This document shows positions 1-11,727 of a DNA stretch of 32,000 nucleotides, in pieces. Under the pieces are notes generated by a model. It was given only the letters and a program-made list of their open reading frames with translations. It made no database searches and was not told the origin of the DNA. Source of the DNA: Deinococcus radiodurans R1 = ATCC 13939 = DSM 20539 (GTDB lineage Bacteria > Deinococcota > Deinococci > Deinococcales > Deinococcaceae); the NCBI RefSeq assembly GCF_000008565.1, contig NC_001264.1, positions 373,338 through 405,337 on the forward strand. The letters run 5' to 3'. Made by a program: the position numbers and the translations under genes. How positions within the stretch are numbered: the first letter of the stretch is position 1; each line of letters starts with the position of its first letter.

Positions 1-210
1 ACGACATACGAACAATCTGTAAAAATGGACCGAGTGTAGACTTTATAGGCAAACCTGACACTCCCTGTTTCTTTAAGAAAAATTAGGATAGGTTAAGACC
101 AACGCAAGAGGCTTGTGTAAGAGAAGAAAAAGATGTGACTTCGTTCTGCCTCTGTGTGCCCGCTGCAGCTCCGTCGGCTTTCCGTCCTTCATCCCACAAG
201 AGGTCCTCAC

Positions 211-1518
211 ATGTCGAAGCTCTCCCTCACCCTCCTGGCTTCCCTCACTTCCGCCCTGCTGCTTGCCGGGTGCGGACAGGTCGCTCCGACCATCGCCCGC
301 CCTGTTGCCACGCAGGCTGCCACTGTGGCGACGGTCAGCATCAAGCCGGGCGATACGCCCGCAGCTGTGGAGGCCATGACCGGGGGCAAGGTCCTGCTAT
401 GGAACGCCGAGGGCTGCGACGATCACTGCACCGCTGTGGTCAGCCTGACTCAGTCAAAGTTGATGGCGCAGGGCCTTAACGTGGGCCGCCACATTTCTGT
501 CGAAGCCAACCACAACCGAGTCAAGAACCTGGGTGCCCGGCCCATCTGGATCTGGTCGGTAGGGATGCAGTCAGCCGAGCCCATGCGGGGCTTGGGCGCC
601 CGGCCCATCTGGATCTGGGGGGGCAACCTCTGGCAAGACGGGCAGTACCAGCCCTTGCCGGAAAATACGGCGGCGTGGCAGCAGATCGGTTTGCCCGCCG
701 CGCAGGCCAGTGCCCCCAATGCGGGCAAATCGCAGGTCATCGCCGTGATCGACACTGGCGTCGACCTGGAGCACCCCGCTCTCAAGGGCGCCCTGACCCC
801 CGCCTCGACCTGGCTCGATCTGGTTGACGGCGACACGCTGCCGCAAGACGACGGGGAACTCGGCACGGGCGGCGTGGGCCACGGTACGGCGGTCGCCGGC
901 ATCGCGACCCAGGTGGCTCCGATGGTCCAGATCATGCCTGTTCGTGCGCTGGGGACCGACGGCTCGGGCGACATCAGCGCGGTGGTGCAGGCGATCGTGT
1001 GGGCGGTCGATCACGGCGCCAACATCATCAACTTGAGCCTGGGCAGCAATGAAGCCTCGGAAGCCCTGCAAAGTGCCGTGCGCTACGCCGACGAAAAGGG
1101 AGTCGCTGTGGTCGCCGCCGCAGGAAATGCGGGCAATAATGAACTGACCTACCCCGCCGCTTATGCCCGCACGAGTGCTGGCCTGCTGAGCGTCGGCAGT
1201 GTCTCAGACAGTGACGTGAAGTCGGGCTTTTCCAACTACGCCGCCTCGCTGGAGGTGCTGGCACCCGGTGAACGGATCGCGACCTACGCGCCGAACAATA
1301 AGCTCGCCCTGTGGACTGGAACGTCCATGTCGGCTCCAGTCGTTGCCGGGCTGCTGGCCCTGATGCAGGGCGAAAGACAGGCGGCCGGCGGGGAGAACGC
1401 TGTCACCGCACACGCACATGACATTTCCGGTATTGCCCTGAACCAGCCCTTTACCGGTGGCCTGGGCTACGGACGAATTGACGCGGCCGCCACTGTGCTG
1501 GGGTGGAAACAGCAGTAA
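211..1518 (+). CDS. Secreted subtilisin-like (S8) serine protease, probable lipoprotein
   Basis: The catalytic triad motifs are visible: VIAVIDTGVD (Asp), HGTAVAGI (His) and GTSMSAPVVAG (Ser). The N-terminus MSKLSLTLLASLTSALLLAGC looks like a lipobox signal peptide. The ATG at 211 is preceded by AAGAGG at about 196-201. The ORF track start at 154 lies upstream of that signal peptide and seems less likely. Confidence 0.85.
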   Translation: MSKLSLTLLASLTSALLLAGCGQVAPTIARPVATQAATVATVSIKPGDTPAAVEAMTGGKVLLWNAEGCDDHCTAVVSLTQSKLMAQGLNVGRHISVEANHNRVKNLGARPIWIWSVGMQSAEPMRGLGARPIWIWGGNLWQDGQYQPLPENTAAWQQIGLPAAQASAPNAGKSQVIAVIDTGVDLEHPALKGALTPASTWLDLVDGDTLPQDDGELGTGGVGHGTAVAGIATQVAPMVQIMPVRALGTDGSGDISAVVQAIVWAVDHGANIINLSLGSNEASEALQSAVRYADEKGVAVVAAAGNAGNNELTYPAAYARTSAGLLSVGSVSDSDVKSGFSNYAASLEVLAPGERIATYAPNNKLALWTGTSMSAPVVAGLLALMQGERQAAGGENAVTAHAHDISGIALNQPFTGGLGYGRIDAAATVLGWKQQ

Positions 1519-1530
1519 GGACAGTAGGGT

Positions 1531-4113
1531 ATGTTGCTCAGGCTCCCTCTCCTGGACCTCACGCCCTTGCCCGCTCCCTTTTACGAACTGGCAAAGGACG
1601 TCGAGCAGTCCCTGATCACTGATCCTGAAAAAGCCAGAGAAGTCGCCGCCAAACTCCACGCCGCTACCGATACTGCTCAGGGACTGCACCGGGCCTACGC
1701 TGAACTGCTGCTGGCCCGGACCCTGCTGTCGACCCGGCAATGGCAGGCGGCGCTGGAAAGTTTTGAGAAGGCGCGGAAAAGTCTTCTCGCTCTTGAGCGC
1801 GCAGCACTCGTGGCACATGCCGTACTGGGCCGCGTTTATATTTTGCTCGGAACCGGACAGTACGCGGAGGCGAGTGCAGAAGCGGCAGAGCTCGAAGCCC
1901 AGCTTGCCAACGGACCCGTTCAGGCTATGGAAATCCGTGCTTTGGCTCTCAATGCCATCGCTTACGCTGAATACGCTCAGGGACGACCTGTTCAGGCAAT
2001 CAATCATCTGAAAGAGGCCCTGAAACTTCGTGAGCAACTCAGCCCCATTATCATTGCGGCGTGCCTCTGTAACCTTGGCATCAGCAACATTGAACAGGGC
2101 AACTACCGCGAGGCGATCTACTGGTTGATGGAAGCCTACCGGGCACATCCGGATTCCAACGAAGATCGCCAGCTCGAACTCGCCACGCTGACGAATCTGG
2201 CCTATGCGCACTACCTCGCGGGGGACCTGTCGCTGGCGACAGAAATTACCCAGAAAGCCTATGCTGCCGCCGGCGAATGGCAAAGCTACAAGGTACGCGC
2301 CTACTCCGCGCTTAATCTGGGAACCTACAACACAGAACTTCAGCAGACCGGGCGCGCGCGCTCCTACCTGCAAGAAGCCCTGGTGCTTTCACAGACCCAG
2401 CCTGAGCTGACCGCCGACGCTGTTTTACGTGCCAGCATTCTGGACAGTTTGGGCACCCTGGAACATCAGGACGGCAACAGTGAAAGCGCCCTGGAGCTGT
2501 ATACCCGGGCACGGGAGATCGCGCAGAGAGACGAACTGCCCGCAGTAGAAGCCCTGACCCAGCTGAATATTGGGCGGATGCTGGGACAACTGGGAAGACC
2601 GGAGGCCCGGGCAGAACTGGAACGCGCCCTGGAACTGGCCGTGGCGGCGTGCCTATTCAAAGAACAGTTCGAGGCGCACACTGCCCTGGCCGAGCTGACT
2701 GCGGCGGCGGCGGACTGGCGCAGTGCGTACCGGCACCAGCAGGAGCTGACCCGCCTCAAATTGCACCTGCTCGAAGGCGAACACGAGCGGCAGCGCAAGG
2801 AGTTGAGGGCCGAACTCGACCTCGAACAGATGCGCCGTGAGGGTGAGCTATCGCGTGAGCGGCTCAAGATCGAGGTCGCGGCCCGCGAACGCGCCGAAGC
2901 CGAAACGCTGGAACGGACCCAGCAACTGGCGCAGGCGCAGCGGGAAGTGGTGCTGTGCCTCGCACTGGCTGCCGAGTACCGTGACAGTATTACCGGAGAG
3001 CACATCAAGCGGGTGGGCACCTTTGCAGCCCATATTGCGCTGGCGCTGGGCTGGAGCCAGGCTGACGCCGAACTGCTCATGCTTGCCTCAAGGCTGCACG
3101 ACGTGGGCAAGATCGGGATTCCCGACAGCATCCTGCTCAAGCCCGGTAAGCTGACCGAAGTCGAGTACGTGCAGATGCAGGCCCACACATTGATCGGCAG
3201 TCAGATCCTGGGTCAAGGCAATTCGGCGCTGCTCAAACTTGCCCAGACCATTGCCCTGAGCCACCACGAACGCTGGAACGGCGAAGGCTATCCTTACGGT
3301 CTACATGGAGAAGCGATTCCACTGGCGGGGCGTATCGTGGCGGTCGCAGACGTGTACGACGCCCTGATTCAAAGACGTCCTTATAAAGCAGCTTGGACCC
3401 CAGAGCAGGCCGCCGCCGAACTCTCTGCCCAGGCCGGGCGCCACTTTGACCCGGCCCTCGTCGAGGTAGCACTGCGGATTCTCAATGACGTGCATTATTC
3501 GGTGGACGAGCTCAAGGAACTTGGACCCCCGACGGTGGGCCCAGCAGCAGCCTCACTGGAACGCGAACTGGCGCTCAGGACGCAGGAATTGCAGGAAGCC
3601 CGGAAAAATGCCGGGGAGCTCCTGCAACTTGCCCTGTCGGACAGTTTGACCGGCCTGCACAACAGACGGGCGCTCGAACTTGACCTCGAGCAGCGGATTT
3701 ACCCCGGCGCGGTGGACTTCTACATGACGTCGCTCGATCTGGACAGCCTGAAGGAAATCAACGACTCGCAGGGCCACCAGTACGGTGATCAGTTGCTGCG
3801 GCAATTTGCGTTGTGCTTGCGCCAGAGTTGCGCTGCCGGCAAGACTTACCGCATCGGCGGCGACGAGTTCGCCGTTTTGTGGAATCTGGACGTCACCGAG
3901 CAGGACATCGTCCAGGTCCTGCGGCGGTTGCCTCAGAATTTGCGGGTTACTGGACAGCCTGGTATCAGCTTCAGCTATGGGAGCGCCTGCTACAACAGAG
4001 ATGCTGCCACCGCCGGTGACCTGCTGCGCGTCAGCGACGCCCGGATGTACCGCATGAAAGTGGGGCGGCGCGGGGAAGAAACTGATTCTATATGGTTCAA
4101 GGAAGATCACTGA
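1531..4113 (+). CDS. Multidomain c-di-GMP signalling protein: N-terminal TPR-like repeats, coiled coil, HD-GYP phosphodiesterase domain, GGDEF diguanylate cyclase domain
   Basis: The first ~400 aa are Ala/Leu-rich helical repeats of TPR type. A charged coiled coil follows (ELRAELDLEQMRREGELSRERLK). HD-GYP motifs are LHDVGKIGIPDSILLKPGKLT and ERWNGEGYPYGL. GGDEF-domain motifs are DSLTGLHNRRAL and YRIGGDEFAV. The gene starts 12 nt after the protease stop. Confidence 0.8.
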   Translation: MLLRLPLLDLTPLPAPFYELAKDVEQSLITDPEKAREVAAKLHAATDTAQGLHRAYAELLLARTLLSTRQWQAALESFEKARKSLLALERAALVAHAVLGRVYILLGTGQYAEASAEAAELEAQLANGPVQAMEIRALALNAIAYAEYAQGRPVQAINHLKEALKLREQLSPIIIAACLCNLGISNIEQGNYREAIYWLMEAYRAHPDSNEDRQLELATLTNLAYAHYLAGDLSLATEITQKAYAAAGEWQSYKVRAYSALNLGTYNTELQQTGRARSYLQEALVLSQTQPELTADAVLRASILDSLGTLEHQDGNSESALELYTRAREIAQRDELPAVEALTQLNIGRMLGQLGRPEARAELERALELAVAACLFKEQFEAHTALAELTAAAADWRSAYRHQQELTRLKLHLLEGEHERQRKELRAELDLEQMRREGELSRERLKIEVAARERAEAETLERTQQLAQAQREVVLCLALAAEYRDSITGEHIKRVGTFAAHIALALGWSQADAELLMLASRLHDVGKIGIPDSILLKPGKLTEVEYVQMQAHTLIGSQILGQGNSALLKLAQTIALSHHERWNGEGYPYGLHGEAIPLAGRIVAVADVYDALIQRRPYKAAWTPEQAAAELSAQAGRHFDPALVEVALRILNDVHYSVDELKELGPPTVGPAAASLERELALRTQELQEARKNAGELLQLALSDSLTGLHNRRALELDLEQRIYPGAVDFYMTSLDLDSLKEINDSQGHQYGDQLLRQFALCLRQSCAAGKTYRIGGDEFAVLWNLDVTEQDIVQVLRRLPQNLRVTGQPGISFSYGSACYNRDAATAGDLLRVSDARMYRMKVGRRGEETDSIWFKEDH

Positions 4114-4144
4114 GCGGTCAGCAGTTTTCGGAAGAATCAACATC

Positions 4145-4192
4145 AAAAGTGCCGCTGTCATCCAGTCGAACCTGGGACAGCAGCACTTTTTT
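4145..4192. terminator. Bidirectional intrinsic terminator between convergent genes
   Basis: AAAAGTGCCGCTGTCATCCAG-tcgaa-CCTGGGACAGCAGCACTTTTTT forms a long imperfect hairpin. It has an A-tract on the left and a T-tract on the right. It sits between the stop at 4113 (+) and the stop at 4209 (-). Confidence 0.7.
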
Positions 4193-4208
4193 CAACAGGG
4201 GCGCTCGC

Positions 4209-5642
4209 TCAGCCAGCGACCTGCGCGGGCTTTTGCTTGGTCGGGAAAGCGCGCACCAGCTTCTGGTTGGTGAATTCGAGCATTCCCATCGAGGACAGCT
4301 CACGCCCGAAACCCGAGCGTTTGACGCCGCCGAAGGGCAGGTCAGCGGCGGAGGACGTGGGGTGGTTGATCCAGACCATGCCGGTGTCGAGGCGCTCGGC
4401 CACCCGCTGCGCCCGGTCGAGGTCGCTGCTGAACACCGCGCCGCCCAGCCCATAGGTCGAAGCGTTCGCCAGCGCTACGGCTTCGTCCTCGTCGCGCACG
4501 CGGTAGACGACCGCCACCGGGCCGAACAGTTCCTCGTGGTAGGCGCGCATGTCGGGTGTCACGTCGGTGAGCACGGTAGGCTGCACGAAGGCGCCGGGAT
4601 GCTCGGGTCGCTGCCCGCCCGCGACGACGGTCGCACCTTTGTCGATGGCGTCTTGCACCTGCGCCTGCAAGTCACGGGCGGCCTGTTCGGAAGACAGCGG
4701 CCCCAGGCGGGTCGAAGGGTCGGCGGGGTCGCCGGGCACGAAGGCCGAGAAGGTCTGACCCAGCCGGGACACGAACTCGTCGTACAGGTCGTCCACGACC
4801 ATCAGGCGCTTGGCCGCGATGCAGGCCTGCCCGGTGTTGCTCAGGCGCCCCGTGGCCGCCGCCTTGACCGTCGTGTCGAGGTCCTCGGCGTCGAGCACGA
4901 TGAAGGGGTCACTGCCGCCGAGTTCCAGCACGCACTTTTTCAGGTGCCGCCCCGCCAGTTCGGCCACGCTCGCCCCGGCGCGCTCGCTGCCGGTGAGCGA
5001 CACGCCCTGTACGGCGGGGTGCGCGATGACCTGTTCGATGTCGGCAATCCGCAGAAACAGGTTGGTGTAGGCCCCCTGCGGCACGCCCGCGTCATGGAAC
5101 AGTTGTTCGAGGGCGAGCGCCGACTGTGGGCAGAGTTCGGAGTGCTTGAGCAGCACCGTGTTGCCGACGACGAGGTTGGGCGCAGCAAAACGCACGACCT
5201 GATACAGCGGGTAGTTCCACGGCTCGATGCCGAGCAGGACGCCCAGCGGCGCGTGCAGCACGGCGGCTTCACCCTGCGGCACCGGGATGGTCTTGGGTTC
5301 GAGGAAGCTCGGGCCCTGCTCGCCGTAGTAGTTGAGGATGCTGGCGGCGAGCGCGACTTCGCCCTTGGCCTCGCGCAGCAGCTTGCCCATTTCGAGCGTG
5401 ATCAGGCTGGCAAGTTCATCAGTGCGCTCGAGCATCAACTCGGCGGCGCGGCGCATGATCGCGGCCCGCTCCGTCACCGGGCGTTGGCCCCACTCGCGGT
5501 AGGCCTGGTCGGCGCGCTCGATGAGGGCCGGAATTTCGGCGCTCTCCAAAAAGGGAAAGGTCTTGACCGTTTCGCCGGTGTAGGGGTTGACAGTGGCAAA
5601 GGGACGCTCGGGACGGGCGGACGCTTGGGGGGTGGCAGTCAT
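4209..5642 (-). CDS. NAD(P)-dependent aldehyde dehydrogenase, succinate-semialdehyde dehydrogenase-like
   Basis: ALDH family motifs are present: LELGGSDPF (catalytic Glu region), [11 protein letters not shown] (catalytic Cys) and [11 protein letters not shown] near the C-terminus. Length is 477 aa. GAGGAG lies upstream of the ATG at 5642. Confidence 0.85.
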   Translation of the reverse strand: MTATPQASARPERPFATVNPYTGETVKTFPFLESAEIPALIERADQAYREWGQRPVTERAAIMRRAAELMLERTDELASLITLEMGKLLREAKGEVALAASILNYYGEQGPSFLEPKTIPVPQGEAAVLHAPLGVLLGIEPWNYPLYQVVRFAAPNLVVGNTVLLKHSELCPQSALALEQLFHDAGVPQGAYTNLFLRIADIEQVIAHPAVQGVSLTGSERAGASVAELAGRHLKKCVLELGGSDPFIVLDAEDLDTTVKAAATGRLSNTGQACIAAKRLMVVDDLYDEFVSRLGQTFSAFVPGDPADPSTRLGPLSSEQAARDLQAQVQDAIDKGATVVAGGQRPEHPGAFVQPTVLTDVTPDMRAYHEELFGPVAVVYRVRDEDEAVALANASTYGLGGAVFSSDLDRAQRVAERLDTGMVWINHPTSSAADLPFGGVKRSGFGRELSSMGMLEFTNQKLVRAFPTKQKPAQVAG

Positions 5643-5822
5643 GGCTTCTCCTCAGTGCCTGGGGCGCGCCCAGGACAACACCGCGCACTAGACTCCCCCG
5701 GCGCGGCAAGGGTATGAGTGCCGGGTAAAGCCTTGAAGATACTGCTCTCTGTGGCCGCTCCTGGTTGTTGCCGACATTCCCGACAATGACACCTGCCCGA
5801 GCCGTGCGGGACAGTCGAGCTT

Positions 5823-6455
5823 CTACTCGGTCACGCGGTGGCTCACGCGCGGCGCCCCGACCCCGACGCGCCCCACCATTCGCCCCTGCACCTGCACCTG
5901 CTCGGCGGGAAAAGACAGGCGCGGCATGGCGGGGTTCTCGCTCGTCAGGAGGATGTCCTGGCCGAAGTGGTACAGCCGCTTGAGGGTCGCCGCATTGTCG
6001 CCGGGCACGAGGACCACCGCCACCTCGCCGTCGTGGACCTCGGGCGCCGGGCGCACCACCACGTAGTCGCCGTCCATCACGCCGATGCCGGTCATGCTTT
6101 CGCCGCGCACCCGCAGCAAGAAATCGCCCGCTTTCAGGCCGAGCAGCGCCTCGATGCTGGGGGTAAAGTCCTCGGGCGACTGCTCGGCAAGGGCCGGGAT
6201 GCCGGCGGCGATCTGGCCGTAGATCGGCAGCCCTTCGCCCAGCGCCGCCCGCGCCCGGTCCGTGACCTGCAACGGGCCGTAGCGCGTTTCGGCCGGCTGG
6301 AGGTAGCCGAGCTTGCGCAGGATGTTCACCTGCTGGCTGATTGCCTGCTTGGTGATGCCCACTTCCTGCGCCACCTGCCCCGCCGTGGCCCCCGCGCCCA
6401 GACGCAGGGTGGCTTGCAGGATGGAGCGGCGGGTGGGCGTCAGTTCAGGCGGCAT
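5823..6455 (-). CDS. lexA: LexA-type SOS repressor (S24 autopeptidase)
   Basis: The N-terminus is a winged-HTH (AGQVAQEVGITKQAISQQVNILRKLGYL). A candidate Ala-Gly cleavage site is QIAAGIP. The catalytic Ser is in RGESMTGIG and the Lys in ATLKRL. The start is ambiguous: ATG at 6455 (MPPELTPTRR) or in-frame GTG at 6485. Confidence 0.85.
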   Translation of the reverse strand: MPPELTPTRRSILQATLRLGAGATAGQVAQEVGITKQAISQQVNILRKLGYLQPAETRYGPLQVTDRARAALGEGLPIYGQIAAGIPALAEQSPEDFTPSIEALLGLKAGDFLLRVRGESMTGIGVMDGDYVVVRPAPEVHDGEVAVVLVPGDNAATLKRLYHFGQDILLTSENPAMPRLSFPAEQVQVQGRMVGRVGVGAPRVSHRVTE

Positions 6456-6507
6456 GTGCGCGCAGTTTGCCGCACGCCTTGTCACGGGTCAAGCGGCGGC
6501 CCAACCG

Positions 6508-7659
6508 TCAGAATTGGCCTACGAGGAGCGCACCGTTCAGAAACGGGAGGTCAGAGAGTTTGAACGGAAAAGAATAGGGCTGACCGTCGTCCCTGACTGA
6601 CAACTGGGTGGCCGCAGCTTCCGTGAGTTCGGAAGAAGGCACCAGAAAAGTCTCCTCTGCGGCGCCCGGATAACTGGCGATGAAGGCGTAGCGCTCGCCT
6701 AGGCGGCGGCTGACGTGCGCCCCGGCGCCCCACCAGTCGAGCGTCTGAGCCCCTATCTTCTGGGCCCCCATCTTCATACGGCTGAGCGGGCGTTGCAGGT
6801 GCAGGTTGTGGGCGAAGACCAGCGTCGGCCCGCACCGCTGCTCGCGCTCGGCAATGGCGAGCAGGTGCCCGGCCATCAGCAGGTCACGCGCGGCGAGCAT
6901 CCGGGCAATGCGGTCCGGGGCGGGGTCCGCCATCACCGCGTGGTAGCGGAGCAGGCCGGCAGCGGTGCGGGCGGCGAGTTGCGCCTCCCAGAAATCCGGC
7001 TGCTCGGCCAGGCCCGGCGCCCCGGTTTCGAGCCGGTGAAGGAGGTCGTCGGTCAGCACCCGCAATTGCCGCGCCTCGTCGCTGTGGCCGATGGACTGTG
7101 CGGCGTCCATTCCCGCCGCTGGATTGGCCCAGCGGGCGTCGTCTCCGCACAGGCGCTCGATGGTCGCGGCGCTCACAGGCAACGCGGGCACCTGGCGGGC
7201 GAGCAAAGCGTGCAGCGTGAGCAGACTGGCGCGGGGACTCGCCGCCCAGAGGTTTTCCATCGGCGGGTCGAAGCCGTAGAAGTGCACCTGCTCGTCCGCA
7301 GAGCGCCCCGCGTTGAAGTCGCGCAGCCAGCCCACCAGTTCGCGGTTGGCGGCCCGGCGGCCAAAGTCGTGGCTGAAGCCTGTCCGCATGACCTCTTCAA
7401 GGTCGTCCGCGCCGCCCGTCACATAAGCGTTGACCCGCTGCCCCGCCAGGATGTCGCTTTCCAGAGCAATCGAACGAAAGCCGTACTCCTCGACGAGCGT
7501 GCGAAACAGGCGGTTGCGCTGCGCCGGAAAGGCGTCGTCGGTGTGGTTGGGTTCGCCCAATGCCAGCAGTTGGGGGCGCGTCGGGAGAGTGGCGAAGAAG
7601 GACGCGAGCGCCCGACCGGGGTCCGACATGTTCCATTCTTTCGCGAAGATTTTGGTCAT
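6508..7659 (-). CDS. Erythromycin esterase-like (Ere family) protein
   Basis: The pattern LLALGEPNHTDDAFPAQRNRLFRTLVEEYGFRSIALESD resembles the Ere-family N-terminal GE.tHG...GF...E motif. Also present are WLRDFNAGR...VHFYGFD and the later TLVFAHNLHLQR. AAGGAG lies 7 nt upstream of the ATG at 7659. The stop is only 22-52 nt upstream of lexA, so co-transcription is possible. Confidence 0.65.
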   Translation of the reverse strand: MTKIFAKEWNMSDPGRALASFFATLPTRPQLLALGEPNHTDDAFPAQRNRLFRTLVEEYGFRSIALESDILAGQRVNAYVTGGADDLEEVMRTGFSHDFGRRAANRELVGWLRDFNAGRSADEQVHFYGFDPPMENLWAASPRASLLTLHALLARQVPALPVSAATIERLCGDDARWANPAAGMDAAQSIGHSDEARQLRVLTDDLLHRLETGAPGLAEQPDFWEAQLAARTAAGLLRYHAVMADPAPDRIARMLAARDLLMAGHLLAIAEREQRCGPTLVFAHNLHLQRPLSRMKMGAQKIGAQTLDWWGAGAHVSRRLGERYAFIASYPGAAEETFLVPSSELTEAAATQLSVRDDGQPYSFPFKLSDLPFLNGALLVGQF

Positions 7660-7778
7660 GGAAAGACTCCTTTGCCAGAAGGGGGGCCCGCTTTGGCTCG
7701 TTCATCCTTCCTGTGCAACGCCTGAGAAAGCTTACGGAAACATCTTCATGGAGTCTTTACTCAAAGAGATAGCAGCAT

Positions 7779-7812
7779 GAAAAACGGCGCCTGAAAAGGA
7801 CTCCCAGACGCC
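7779..7812 (-). terminator. Probable intrinsic terminator of pprA
   Basis: On the minus strand, GGCGTCTGGG-AGTCCTT-TTCAGGCGCC gives about 8 Watson-Crick/GU pairs followed by GTTTTTC. It begins 15 nt after the pprA stop codon. Confidence 0.5.
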
Positions 7813-7827
7813 TTTGCTTTTCTTGAC

Positions 7828-9909
<2,082 letters not shown>

Positions 9910-10050
9910 CTCCAGCCCAGTTCAGGCCAACCCTGCTAGACTGCGGACGTTCAAACAATCTGATGGCTTTCCTCACGCGGCGGCGTGTCGTCTGGCTGCC
10001 CCGTGGGGACGCGCGGCTTTTCGTTTCCGTCTTCCGCAGGAGGGTTTTCT

Positions 10051-11598
10051 ATGACCGTCGCCGAACAGCAACCGCAGCACCAGGGCTACGCCAACCCCGG
10101 CACGCCCGGCAGTGTCGTCACCTTCAAGAAGCGCTACGACAATTTCATCGGTGGGCAGTGGGTGCCGCCCGTGAAGGGGCAGTATTTCGACAACGCTTCG
10201 CCGGTGGACGGCAAGGTGTTTACCCAGGCCGCCCGCTCGACCGCCGAGGACGTCGAACTCGCGCTCGACGCCGCGCACCGGGCCGCGCCCGCCTGGGGCC
10301 GCACCAGCGTGACCGAACGCAGCAACATTTTGCTCAAGATTGCCGACCGCATGGAGCAGAACCTCGAGATGCTGGCGGTCGCCGAAACCTGGGACAACGG
10401 CAAGCCGGTGCGCGAGACGCTCGCCGCCGACCTGCCGCTCGCCATCGACCATTTCCGCTACTTCGCCGGGTGCATCCGGGCGCAGGAAGGCGGCCTCAGC
10501 CAGATCGACGACAGTACCGTCGCGTACCACTTCCACGAGCCGCTCGGCGTGGTGGGGCAGATTATTCCCTGGAATTTCCCGCTGCTGATGGGCGTTTGGA
10601 AGCTCGCGCCCGCACTCGCGGCGGGCAACGCGGTGGTGCTCAAGCCCGCCGAACAGACCCCCGCCAGCATCATGGTGCTGATGGAACTGATTGCCGACCT
10701 GCTGCCGGAGGGCGTGGTCAACGTGGTCAACGGCTTCGGGCTGGAAGCGGGCAAGCCGCTGGCGAGCAGTCCGCGCATCGCCAAGATCGCCTTTACCGGC
10801 GAGACGAACACCGGGCGGCTGATCATGGGCTACGCCGCGGACAACCTGATTCCGGTGACGCTGGAACTCGGCGGCAAGTCGCCCAACATCTTTTTCGACG
10901 ACGTGATGATGGAAGACGACGCCTTCCTCGATAAAGCGGTCGAGGGCATGGTGATGTTCGCGCTCAACCAGGGCGAGGTCTGCACCTGCCCGAGCCGGGC
11001 GCTGATTCAGGAAAGCATCTACGACCGCTTCATGGAGCGGGCGGTGCAGCGCGTGGAGGCCATTACCATGGGCCACCCGCTCGACCCCGGCACCATGATT
11101 GGCGCGCAGGCGAGCACCGAGCAGCTCGACAAGATTCTGTCCTACCTCGACATTGGCCGCGCCGAGGGCGCCGAAGTGCTGACCGGCGGCGAACGCGGGC
11201 AGCGCGAGGGCCTGGAAGAAGGCTTTTACGTCAAGCCGACCATCTTCAAGGGCCACAACAAGATGAGGATTTTTCAGGAAGAAATCTTCGGGCCGGTGCT
11301 CGCCGCCGCCACCTTCAAGGACGAGGCCGAGGCGCTCGAACTCGCCAACGACACGCTCTACGGTCTGGGCGCTGGCCTGTGGACCCGCGACATCAGCCGC
11401 GCCTACCGCATGGGCCGGGGCATTCAGGCGGGGCGAGTCTGGACCAACTGCTACCACGTCTACCCCGCGCACGCGGCCTTCGGCGGCTACAAGCAGAGCG
11501 GCATCGGGCGCGAAAACCACCGCATGATGCTCGACCACTACCAGCAGACGAAGAACCTGCTGGTGAGCTACAGCCCGAACAAGATGGGGTTCTTCTGA
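10051..11598 (+). CDS. NAD-dependent aldehyde dehydrogenase (AldA/AcoD-like, ~515 aa class)
   Basis: Motifs seen are [40 protein letters not shown] (Glu), [11 protein letters not shown] (Cys) and [17 protein letters not shown] lies at about 10039-10044, 6 nt before the ATG at 10051. The track start at 9985 lacks this RBS. Confidence 0.88.
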   Translation: MTVAEQQPQHQGYANPGTPGSVVTFKKRYDNFIGGQWVPPVKGQYFDNASPVDGKVFTQAARSTAEDVELALDAAHRAAPAWGRTSVTERSNILLKIADRMEQNLEMLAVAETWDNGKPVRETLAADLPLAIDHFRYFAGCIRAQEGGLSQIDDSTVAYHFHEPLGVVGQIIPWNFPLLMGVWKLAPALAAGNAVVLKPAEQTPASIMVLMELIADLLPEGVVNVVNGFGLEAGKPLASSPRIAKIAFTGETNTGRLIMGYAADNLIPVTLELGGKSPNIFFDDVMMEDDAFLDKAVEGMVMFALNQGEVCTCPSRALIQESIYDRFMERAVQRVEAITMGHPLDPGTMIGAQASTEQLDKILSYLDIGRAEGAEVLTGGERGQREGLEEGFYVKPTIFKGHNKMRIFQEEIFGPVLAAATFKDEAEALELANDTLYGLGAGLWTRDISRAYRMGRGIQAGRVWTNCYHVYPAHAAFGGYKQSGIGRENHRMMLDHYQQTKNLLVSYSPNKMGFF

Positions 11599-11628
11599 AC
11601 GGCGGCGGGTAAAAACCGCGAGGGAGGG

Positions 11629-11660
11629 GGCCAGGGCCGCGCTGCTCTGGCCTTTTGCTT
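11629..11660 (+). terminator. Intrinsic terminator after the aldehyde dehydrogenase gene
   Basis: GGCCAGGGC-cgcgct-GCTCTGGCC forms a stem of about 9 pairs, followed by TTTTGCTTTTG. It begins 31 nt after the stop at 11598. Confidence 0.6.
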
Positions 11661-11727
11661 TTGCCTCTGAGAGCCCCTGTAAGCCGCACCGACGTGCCGC
11701 CTCCCCTCTCCTCCTACACTGCTGGGC

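Noticed and set aside
6-22. An RDRM-like 17-mer, ATACGAACAATCTGTAA, at the left edge.
   Set aside because: Only the TAC/GTA core is palindromic. The half-sites do not match each other or the TTxTG-N7-CAxAA pattern well, so it is probably chance in AT-rich DNA.
1204-2373. A 389-aa minus-strand ORF spanning the protease / TPR gene junction.
   Set aside because: It is antisense to two well-supported genes and has no motifs. Its composition is consistent with a shadow frame.
5657-5673. A near-palindrome, CCTGGGGCGCGCCCAGG, just upstream of the ALDH RBS on the minus strand.
   Set aside because: It is a 6-bp GC stem of the kind that arises frequently in high-GC sequence. I could identify no partner motif or conserved half-site.
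4092-5717. A 541-aa plus-strand ORF antisense to the succinate-semialdehyde-type dehydrogenase gene.
   Set aside because: It is a shadow ORF with low-complexity Gly/Arg/His/Val composition. The opposite strand encodes a full-length ALDH with catalytic motifs and an RBS.
7732-7748. An RDRM-like TTACGGAAACATCTTCA upstream of the esterase-like gene.
   Set aside because: The left half fits TTACG, but the right half (CTTCA) is not its inverted complement. It is not a palindrome.
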